Shown here: positions 56,686 through 63,142 of the stretch, piece after piece
Position numbering within the stretch: position 1 is the first letter of the stretch
Layout: each line of letters begins with the position of its first letter
Origin: a virus
Taxonomy: Duplodnaviria; Caudoviricetes
Reading direction: 5' to 3' (one strand)
Virus record (IMG/VR): IMGVR_UViG_3300004255_000002
Coordinates: 26,530 to 90,529 of that record
DNA: 64,000 bases
Translations under genes and position numbers: made by a program
Notes under the pieces: generated by a model
Seen by the model: the letters and a program-made list of their open reading frames with translations, nothing else
Databases searched by the model: none
Told to the model about the DNA's origin: nothing

Positions 56686-57140
56686 GTAAGTACCTATTTA
56701 TTGGTGGCCCACGCGACGGCGAGTGGTTGCATGTACCAGACCAGAACCCTATGCCACCGAGTTGGAAGGTGGATTCAGCCCCTAAACTGAATCAAGTGTA
56801 TACCACTCACCTAGAAGACCCATCGCCACCAGAGGCTATGAATTACACGTATTACACACTGGTTAAGTTCATGGGAAGCTCAGCAGAACTAGTGGTTTAT
56901 GTGTACGCGGGTGAGGCCAAGTACGCACTAGATATGTTGCTGTCAGGATACAGACGCCTAGACATATTTGAGTACGATGCGTGGCTACAAGAGGTCAGGG
57001 TATGCAATGAGTACATGGTATCCAGTACTGGTAAGATACTAAACACAGGAAACAAGAAAGAAGAGTTGCTGGCGTTATTTAAGCAAGGGGTATCCCCGCT
57101 TAAGGCGTACCTACGGGTAACAGTTGGTATTAACGCTTGA
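56682..57140 (+). CDS. Hypothetical protein
   Basis: LFIGGPRDG N-terminal motif of small phage proteins. Confidence 0.6.
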   Translation: MSKYLFIGGPRDGEWLHVPDQNPMPPSWKVDSAPKLNQVYTTHLEDPSPPEAMNYTYYTLVKFMGSSAELVVYVYAGEAKYALDMLLSGYRRLDIFEYDAWLQEVRVCNEYMVSSTGKILNTGNKKEELLALFKQGVSPLKAYLRVTVGINA

Positions 57141-57164
57141 CAAATTAATTCAATATGGTATTAT
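57137..57164 (+). promoter_or_regulatory. Phage promoter
   Basis: TTGACA-16 bp-TATTAT. Confidence 0.8.
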
Positions 57165-57200
57165 GAAGTATAGATAACGCAGACAGCCACGGAGGGCGAG

Positions 57201-57413
57201 ATGATTAAAGCGATACCAAAACAAGCATACTTCAAGACATTGAACGACGCACTAGAGGCAGAGGGCTTGGTACAGGACTGGCCTCTAGGCTTAAACATTC
57301 AATACGGTCATACAGAGAGCACAGTAAGCAACGGTAAGTACATTTCTGTATACCGTGATGAGCGTGGTATGTATGAACGACCAATCCATTACAAAACACA
57401 AATGGCGGCATAG
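57201..57413 (+). CDS. Conserved small phage protein
   Basis: GGAGG RBS. F-x-TL-x-x-AL-x-x-EGL...ISVYRDE-x-G-x-YERP-x-HY. Confidence 0.65.
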   Translation: MIKAIPKQAYFKTLNDALEAEGLVQDWPLGLNIQYGHTESTVSNGKYISVYRDERGMYERPIHYKTQMAA

Positions 57414-57414
57414 T

Positions 57415-57888
57415 ATGAAAGTACTAGCTAAATCACACGGCGAAACCACTGAGTTAGATATAGAGGCTAATCCAATCAAGGTACTGGTAATGCAGAACGG
57501 CATTAAGGTTGATGTACCTGAGGCATTGGAAATCAGCAGTGACACCACCATCAAATGCATGAAAGATATGAGCCAGAAGGCGTGGGAGCACATCAGTACA
57601 GGAGAGCTATTTAAGCACTTCTACTTCATGCTATTTGGCGCAGACCGCTACCTACCAATAACGATAGAGGGTCTCAACGATGAAGACCGCGGCACGATAC
57701 ACGGCACAGGGCTAATCATCCAACTCATTGAGGCTAGATTCGAGTCAGTGCCAAAAGTATTCCTACGCACACCAGAAGACCACCTGCATCCGAAACAAAC
57801 CATCATGCTAATGTCGGTAGTGCTAGGCATACAGAAAATACCGCTAGGCGGGGATATGGAAGTAACCATGGAGAACCCAAATGAATAG
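57415..57888 (+). CDS. Hypothetical protein resembling a degenerate ABC-ATPase C-terminal segment
   Basis: GTG...VFLRTPEDHLHPKQ resembles LIEEPE-x-HLHP of OLD/AAA_21 ATPases. Confidence 0.5.
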   Translation: MKVLAKSHGETTELDIEANPIKVLVMQNGIKVDVPEALEISSDTTIKCMKDMSQKAWEHISTGELFKHFYFMLFGADRYLPITIEGLNDEDRGTIHGTGLIIQLIEARFESVPKVFLRTPEDHLHPKQTIMLMSVVLGIQKIPLGGDMEVTMENPNE

Positions 57889-58102
57889 AGAAATAGAGCT
57901 AAAACTAAAAGCAGTAAAGAGCAAGGTAGAGGCGTTCAAGAAAAATCTGAGTAAGGCACCTATGCGGGAGAACTTAGGACGGAAAGAAGTCCGTGCCCTG
58001 CAAGACCTAATCGGCAAAGACCTATATGCGCGGGGTAGCATGGGTCAGCTTCTATTCACACCAATCACCAACGATTTTGATAACTTCGTGGACAACCTAT
58101 AA
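57881..58102 (+). CDS. Hypothetical protein
   Basis: GGAG RBS, 73 aa. Confidence 0.55.
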   Translation: MNREIELKLKAVKSKVEAFKKNLSKAPMRENLGRKEVRALQDLIGKDLYARGSMGQLLFTPITNDFDNFVDNL

Positions 58103-58111
58103 GGATTAATC

Positions 58112-58603
58112 ATGACCAGCAAACGAGCAAAAGACGCCGCACTACAGGCCGAGGTAGAAGCAACATTCACCACTAGACGCACTACTAAACGCTATGTGCT
58201 ACTAGAGTACACCGAAGACCTGCCAAGCTATGATAAGGACGACAAGCACGTACCTATTCCAAACTGGCCTGAAATCCTAGACGGTGCAGTTAAGGTCACT
58301 AACTGGAAAAATATCACACAAGACAGTCTGCTTGACTTCGCAGTGGCCTCAGGGGTTGGGCAGGTTATCTCTGAGCATGAAGGCTTGACGGCGGAGGAAG
58401 TAGTTACCTCCCTAGAGGCCTCAGTAACGGATGGTACGGATGTGCAAGAAGAGATTAACCCATGGGAAGGCTTTGAGGGCGTGGAAGCGGGTGTCTTATT
58501 AGAGGCAATTGAAGAGACAGGCCTAGGTATTCTTACTGAGGTGATGGGCTTCTTGCAGATAGACCGCGGTATCCTAGGTACGGAGGAAGGCATTGATGAG
58601 TAA
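58112..58603 (+). CDS. Acidic hypothetical protein
   Basis: AAGGA RBS, 163 aa. Confidence 0.6.
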   Translation: MTSKRAKDAALQAEVEATFTTRRTTKRYVLLEYTEDLPSYDKDDKHVPIPNWPEILDGAVKVTNWKNITQDSLLDFAVASGVGQVISEHEGLTAEEVVTSLEASVTDGTDVQEEINPWEGFEGVEAGVLLEAIEETGLGILTEVMGFLQIDRGILGTEEGIDE

Positions 58604-58979
58604 CCCAGACGTAGTACCTAAACACCCTATACAACCTCAGGTGGTAGTATCTGGGCTCGTGCGGTTCAAACCTAATGCCATCATTGACCATATGTGGAAA
58701 GAAGGCATCATAGACCTCAATGCGCTGGCACGGATACCCTTCCCAGCAGAAGACCGCCAGCAACTAGCCCAGCTACTAGGGTATTCACTGGCAGGGTATA
58801 GCACTCTGTCTTATGTGGACAACCTCGCCTTTGAGTTAGCGCAACAGCAGGGCGTGGGGCCTGATGATAAGGACAAACGTATCGCGTACCTAGAGGCTAA
58901 GTTAGAGAAGCTTAGGGAAGCGTTACGAGACCCTATCGCTGAGCTGTACGATATCCACCCAAATAACTTGGACAGGTAG
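58593..58979 (+). CDS. Conserved phage hypothetical protein
   Basis: KHPIQP...RFK-x-N-x-I...DLN-x-L...F-x-x-EDR-x-Q-x-AQL-x-GYSL-x-GY-x-x-LSYV block. Confidence 0.65.
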   Translation: MMSNPDVVPKHPIQPQVVVSGLVRFKPNAIIDHMWKEGIIDLNALARIPFPAEDRQQLAQLLGYSLAGYSTLSYVDNLAFELAQQQGVGPDDKDKRIAYLEAKLEKLREALRDPIAELYDIHPNNLDR

Positions 58980-58980
58980 C

Positions 58981-59382
58981 ATGACACGCCAACATACAAC
59001 CCCATGCAATCAATGCCCGTGGCGCAGGAAGGCCGCAAGAGGATACTTAGGGGATAGTACCCCAGAAGAGTTCCTCGCATGCTCAGACGCCGATGCGTTC
59101 ATGCCTTGCCACATCCATGTGGACTATGAAGACCCAGATTGGCAGGATACTGTGGGCGAGAAACCACAATGCGCAGGTCGGGCGATTCACTTTGCTAATC
59201 GGTTCAAGCTATCTAAGAATCCTGTGTTACTGGTACTGCCTAAAGATGTAGAGAATGTATTCCAGTGGCCTCAAGAGTTCCTAGACCACCATACGCGAAC
59301 AGGCACCTTAAGAGGCACCCGCACAGGCAGGATGAGTGCGGCAGAGCCTCAAGAGAGTAACCCACCTAAGACAGGAGACTAG
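58981..59382 (+). CDS. Cys/His-rich metal-binding protein (DUF6283-like)
   Basis: PC-x-x-CPWR...F-x-x-CH...CAG motif. Confidence 0.6.
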   Translation: MTRQHTTPCNQCPWRRKAARGYLGDSTPEEFLACSDADAFMPCHIHVDYEDPDWQDTVGEKPQCAGRAIHFANRFKLSKNPVLLVLPKDVENVFQWPQEFLDHHTRTGTLRGTRTGRMSAAEPQESNPPKTGD

Positions 59383-59383
59383 T

Positions 59384-59575
59384 ATGCTGTTCCTCATTAC
59401 ATGCCCACCAAAGCACGAGTATCGAAAACAGTTAGTGACATATATTACCGTGGTAGACGCGGGTACCCCAAACCAAGCGCGGGAGAAGGCTAACGATATG
59501 GTAGGCAAAATGCGGGAGCACTACGCTAGACCAAACATTAGACCACTGGAGTTAGGCAGAACCTATACCGCATAA
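59384..59575 (+). CDS. Hypothetical protein
   Basis: AGGAG RBS before ATG 59384. Confidence 0.5.
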   Translation: MLFLITCPPKHEYRKQLVTYITVVDAGTPNQAREKANDMVGKMREHYARPNIRPLELGRTYTA

Positions 59576-59579
59576 TTTG

Positions 59580-59629
59580 TGCAGTTAATTGCACAAACTT
59601 ATTGACTAATTTAGTCAATCTGTTATTAT
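59580..59629 (+). promoter_or_regulatory. Operator plus phage promoter
   Basis: TGCAGTTAATTGCA 59580-59593. TTGACT 59602-16 bp-TATTAT. Confidence 0.8.
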
Positions 59630-59663
59630 AAGTATATGGAAGCTAACTTAACAGGAGACAAAA

Positions 59664-59885
59664 ATGGCACGTAAAAAGAAACCACTCACTAGAGTAGGTG
59701 GTCACATTGATGGCGCAGTCCTCACCAGCATGCGCGATACCGCGTGGGGCGACAAGGCATTAGCTCAAACCAGAAACACATTGGATAAAGCTATCCGTAT
59801 GCGTGATGACGACGGTCTCCTACAACAAGCAGAAGTCAAACGTGCGGCGAAAGCGGCTAAAAGGCTAGCACAGGCTCAGAAATGA
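59664..59885 (+). CDS. Small basic hypothetical protein
   Basis: AGGAG RBS. Confidence 0.6.
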   Translation: MARKKKPLTRVGGHIDGAVLTSMRDTAWGDKALAQTRNTLDKAIRMRDDDGLLQQAEVKRAAKAAKRLAQAQK

Positions 59886-60109
59886 GTAACGAGCATCAAG
59901 TAGCACCACGCATGGAGCTCCTAGAAAGTTCCAATAAGTTACGATTCTCTATTGAGTACCCTGAGGGCTACATCATGACACCAGAGATGACACCAGAAGA
60001 ACTACGTACCTCTATCATCAAGCAGATTGAGGTGCTGAGCTACTACAGTGAGAATCCAACAGAGGTATTTAATCGGTTTAACATAGCAAGATACGGGGAG
60101 ACAGTATGA
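59882..60109 (+). CDS. Hypothetical protein
   Basis: ATGA overlap. Confidence 0.6.
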   Translation: MSNEHQVAPRMELLESSNKLRFSIEYPEGYIMTPEMTPEELRTSIIKQIEVLSYYSENPTEVFNRFNIARYGETV

Positions 60110-60369
60110 CCAGAAACCAAGCAATCAAGCTCCTACAGGAAAACGCCAAGGCGTACCCAGAGAGCTATTTTTCAGAGCCGTTCACACCACATGAGTGGAC
60201 GATTCAGGCAGTTATTGAAGCCACCAAGCGTGAGCGCGATAAGTGTATCAATGACGTAGAATCCGCGGACGGCGATAAACCTGCGGCAACATGGGAGGGC
60301 ATTGAGAAAATTCATGCTCGTGTAACAGAAGAACAACGTATCGACATCGCGGAGGCATCAATACTATGA
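60106..60369 (+). CDS. Hypothetical protein
   Basis: ATGA overlap. F-x-PHEW-x-I-x-A motif. Confidence 0.6.
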   Translation: MTRNQAIKLLQENAKAYPESYFSEPFTPHEWTIQAVIEATKRERDKCINDVESADGDKPAATWEGIEKIHARVTEEQRIDIAEASIL

Positions 60370-60626
60370 ACGCAATTCAACTAGCAATTTTACTTCACCA
60401 TTATTGGAGCCCAGAGAAGTACAAATCCAATACTGGTAACGCTGAGTACAGTCAGGCCGAAAAAGAAGGCCTAAACTATCTCTACAGCAATGGCCTACTA
60501 GAGAAAGAGGCAGAGGCCAGTGCTAAGTACTCTATCTCTGAAAAGGGTCAAGTGCATATCGTGGCACTACTAGACTTGCCGTTACCTGTATTGTCATGGA
60601 CATCTCCAATCAAGGCGAAGGTGTAA
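60366..60626 (+). CDS. Hypothetical protein (possible winged helix)
   Basis: L-x-x-x-GL-x-E...Y-x-ISEKG pattern. Confidence 0.55.
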   Translation: MNAIQLAILLHHYWSPEKYKSNTGNAEYSQAEKEGLNYLYSNGLLEKEAEASAKYSISEKGQVHIVALLDLPLPVLSWTSPIKAKV

Positions 60627-60628
60627 CC

Positions 60629-60862
60629 ATGGACCAAGTAATTAAAGTCGGTGATGTAGTTGAGCGCAAGGACGGTAGTCTTTTACGTAGTGGTGCGCAG
60701 ACCTATTTCAATGTAGTATGCGTATCCGTTGACCCATTCACCTTAGTCTCTGGTGGGGCTGATATGATGTGGACGACTACGGTTAAGCCAGAGCAGTTCA
60801 AGGTCGTGGCAAAGTGTCCTGTAGATATTCTTGAACAATGTATGAAAAGACTTGAAGAATAA
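60629..60862 (+). CDS. Hypothetical protein
   Basis: AAGG RBS before ATG 60629. Confidence 0.6.
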   Translation: MDQVIKVGDVVERKDGSLLRSGAQTYFNVVCVSVDPFTLVSGGADMMWTTTVKPEQFKVVAKCPVDILEQCMKRLEE

Positions 60863-60864
60863 GC

Positions 60865-60892
60865 TTGACCAATTGTTTGAATGTGTTATGAT
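60865..60892 (+). promoter_or_regulatory. Phage promoter heading the RNA island
   Basis: TTGACC-16 bp-TATGAT with extended TG. Confidence 0.75.
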
Positions 60893-60898
60893 GTATCT

Positions 60899-61336
60899 AC
60901 GTTGCAAGATTAAGGTAGCGAAGAACACAAGAATTGATGGGTGGGTTGAGTCTCTCCCTTAACTGGTGACCGAATAATTCGGGGTACTAACGAGCTTTTA
61001 GCGGGGCTTTCGTGGCGGTAGAGCATACGATTAGGTTAGGAAGAAATACATGGTGCAACAGTGAGACTCAGGATAAGGTTCATTTGGGTACCTTATCCCC
61101 AGTGTTGGCGGGTAATGGGAAGTACAACCATTGGTCGAAAGTGAAATCCCAGCACTGGGGATAGGGTAAGCAGAATCCTTGCAAGGTAGTTAGTAGCCTA
61201 GGGCATCGTAAGTGAAGGTGGAAACCCTGATACGCGATATCCCTAAGTGGCTAACCAGTAGTAAGATGGAGGTATATAGAGGCACCTTACTTCGTAAGGA
61301 AGGTCGATACCAGAATATTACTGATTAGGTATTTAT
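60899..61336 (+). ncRNA. Candidate large structured ncRNA (about 440 nt), family unassigned
   Basis: No ORF of 60 aa or more. 18-bp helix 61091-61108/61149-61166 with G-U pairs, 8-bp long-range helix 60947-60954/61063-61070, further stems. Confidence 0.6.
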
Positions 61337-61412
61337 AGGCGAGTAGTTCAACTGGTAGAACAGTACCCTTTGACGGTATATGTTGGAGGTTCAAGTCCTT
61401 CCTCGCTTGCCA
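61337..61412 (+). tRNA. tRNA-Gln (anticodon TTG)
   Basis: Full cloverleaf: AGGCGAG/CTCGCTT acceptor, GTACC-CT TTG AC-GGTAT, GGAGG-TTCAAGT-CCTTC, G73, encoded CCA. Confidence 0.93.
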
Positions 61413-61425
61413 GAATAGATATAAA

Positions 61426-61501
61426 GGCGAAGTAGCTCAGTTGGCAGAGCAGAGGGTTCATATCCCTAGGGTCGATGGTTCAACTCCATCCTTCGCAACC
61501 A
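61426..61501 (+). tRNA. tRNA-Met (CAT), initiator-like
   Basis: Cloverleaf with unpaired 1:72 (G/A), three G-C pairs in the anticodon stem (GGG/CCC), A73, CCA. Confidence 0.88.
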
Positions 61502-61506
61502 GTTAT

Positions 61507-61634
61507 GCAGTGCGTTACAGGTCTGCCCGTCCACCAGCCCCAATTGCAAAAGGCAGGTTAAGGGAATACAGATAGGGTAGGAAGTGGGAGTCGCGCTCCA
61601 CTTAGGGAGGTTCGAGCCCTCTCGCATTGCGCCA
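61507..61634 (+). ncRNA. Enlarged tRNA-like RNA A (128 nt)
   Basis: 8-bp acceptor GCAGTGCG/CGCATTGC, T-arm GGAGG-TTCGAGC-CCTCT, long variable-type arm, G-CCA end, no canonical D or anticodon arm. Confidence 0.75.
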
Positions 61635-61642
61635 GTTTTAAT

Positions 61643-61788
61643 GGGTAGTAGAAGCACGAATGAAAGCTAAATGGCCTTATAGGTAGTGCACGGTCTTTAA
61701 GATAGATAGGTGAGTAATTAGGGTGGATGCTTGAGTAGAGAGATAAGCTCCTCTATGACGTGGGTTCGACTCCCATTACTACCTGCCA
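61643..61788 (+). ncRNA. Enlarged tRNA-like RNA B (146 nt)
   Basis: 8-bp acceptor GGGTAGTA/TACTACCT, T-arm GTGGG-TTCGACT-CCCAT, variable-type arm TAGAG/CTCTA, G-CCA end. Confidence 0.75.
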
Positions 61789-61796
61789 GAGTTATA

Positions 61797-61883
61797 GGAG
61801 GGTTCCGCTAGGTTGGCTGGCAAATCGGTTTGAACCCGATGGGAACCGAAAGGTTAGGGGTTCGACTCCTCAGCCCTCCGCCA
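61797..61883 (+). tRNA. tRNA-Ser (TGA), 8/4 acceptor/T-stem type
   Basis: GGAGGGTT/AGCCCTCC 8-bp acceptor, 4-bp T stem, ATCGG-TT TGA AC-CCGAT, variable arm AACC-GAAA-GGTT, G73, CCA. Confidence 0.9.
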
Positions 61884-61887
61884 GTTA

Positions 61888-61990
61888 TGTTGGGTAGTGT
61901 AAGCAGCACAGCATCGTGATAGTGGGCACCAAAATCTCTTGAGGTCACACAGCGGAGCAAGATAAGGGACGACACCTTAACCAACTACCA
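61888..61990 (+). ncRNA. Degenerate tRNA-like RNA C (about 103 nt)
   Basis: GTTGG/CCAAC acceptor core, TA linker, GTG/CAC D-like stem, TAAGG-7 nt-CCTTA T-like arm, A-CCA end. Confidence 0.5.
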
Positions 61991-61991
61991 G

Positions 61992-62152
61992 TAAAGTGCG
62001 GCGTGGAGAATCATAGACACGCAAAAGCTAGAAATATGCTGAGGGTCTGTCCTTGGGGAAGAAAAGAGAATCCCGCTTCTAGGCTCGTGCGGGAGGAGGA
62101 CTTAGTTGCCAGTCCTAGAGCAACGAGTGGGAGTAATGACCCACCACTTAAA
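61992..62152 (+). ncRNA. tRNA-shaped RNA D with a large central insertion (about 160 nt)
   Basis: TAAAGTG/CACTTAA acceptor-like stem, D-like arm GCGTG/CACGC, T-like arm GTGGG-AGTAATGA-CCCAC, no encoded CCA. Confidence 0.45.
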
Positions 62153-62155
62153 GAA

Positions 62156-62485
62156 CGGAGAAGCCTGTAGGTACAGGTATGGCATCCTTATGGGGTGGCA
62201 TGGTAGCGCGAAACTAGACTAGGTTATGCAGGGGTACTTTTCAGACGGGGTACAAATGCAGGGCAGTGGAGCTAGACCTTCGTAGCCCAAGGTAGAAGAC
62301 CGAACTACCCTCTAGCTACACCAAAGCAGTAGACGTAGCCATGCCTGAATCCCTATACGGTCAAGACACGGTGCGATTGTCCGATGGAAACAAAATGCCG
62401 CAAGGCCAGCGACCTAACTAAGTCGTTAAGTGTAGGGCTACCAGAACAGTCACAAAGTCGGCGACAGGGTGCAAAGCCCTGACCA
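62156..62485 (+). ncRNA. Candidate structured ncRNA E (about 330 nt)
   Basis: Non-coding with multiple helices (GGCATGG/CCATGCC, GCTAGA/TCTAGC, GGTAG/CTACC, GCC-GCAA-GGC). Ends CAGGG-TGCAAAG-CCCTG-ACCA. Confidence 0.45.
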
Positions 62486-62493
62486 ATTAAATA

Positions 62494-62521
62494 TTGACAA
62501 ATTAATTCAATCTGTTAATAT
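62494..62521 (+). promoter_or_regulatory. Phage promoter (second RNA transcription unit)
   Basis: TTGACA-16 bp-TAATAT with extended TG. Confidence 0.75.
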
Positions 62522-62815
62522 ACAAGTAAGGGAGTGAAAGTTGGTACATTAGGTATTCGAGCATAGGAGAGACCAACAATGCTACTCCAACCAAATAGAG
62601 TGAAGGTGTCCAAGCAATTATGGGGCAGTGCCATAGGCCAACCACTACTAGGAGACAGACCTAGCACTCGACCAAATCCAAACGCGAAGTGCGCTAGACG
62701 CCGAAATCGGAAAGACTGGAACGTGCGCTGACCTGCGGATAATTGCCATACCCTACAGAACTAAAACTGAGTGGCTGTAAGATGGGTGACAGGGCGGAAA
62801 GCACGCTCAAACTAA

Positions 62816-62865
62816 CATCCCTGATGAGCTAGTGAAATCCTAGCGAAACGTGAGAGCGTAGGATG
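62816..62865 (+). ncRNA. Hammerhead ribozyme, type I
   Basis: CATCC / CTGATGA / GCTAG-TGAAATC-CTAGC / GAAA / CG-TGAGAG-CG / TA / GGATG. All core nucleotides are present. Predicted cut after GUA at 62860. Confidence 0.9.
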
Positions 62866-63142
62866 CGCCACACTAAAGGCATATAGGTGGAAACAAGTGG
62901 CTATACCACCTCAGTACTAGGCAGACGATATGACCCAGCCCGAAGGGAGAATCTAACAGGCCCTAGTAGCAAAAATCGTGAATAGCAAACGTGATACTTG
63001 GCACGTAGTCCAAGTACAGGAGAAGACCTGATAGGGACATAAACCCTTACGAGAACGAGCCTAGCGAACTGGCGTGATAGGCAAGAAACTTCAATTCAGA
63101 GCGCAGGAGGCTAAAGCCGACTCTCAGAGCTTGAGAGACCAC

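Noticed and set aside
501-59593. CRISPR array or mini-array interpretation of the recurring palindrome
   Set aside because: The copies are only 14-22 bp, kilobases apart and often inside genes. There is no repeat-spacer periodicity. The Cas4-like gene has no cas1/cas2 neighbours.
61466-61657. 63-aa minus-strand ORF in the RNA island
   Set aside because: It is antisense to tRNA-Met and RNA A, and ends in RMELNHRP, the typical antisense read-through of a tRNA T arm.
61507-61788. Calling RNAs A and B tRNA-Sec (selC) or tmRNA
   Set aside because: There is no UCA anticodon arm or 6-bp D stem for selC. There is no G3-U70 alanine identity pair, tag reading frame or sufficient length for tmRNA.
62464-62485. 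Twister ribozyme P4 loop (UGCAAAGC resembles UNNNAAGC)
   Set aside because: The hairpin pairs better in a 5-bp/7-nt register, and I could not find the matching P1/P2 strands or pseudoknot partners.
62680-62740. Group II intron start (GTGCG) or group I intron in the RNA island
   Set aside because: No domain V (AGC/GAAA catalytic hairpin), P7 core or intron-encoded ORF could be identified.
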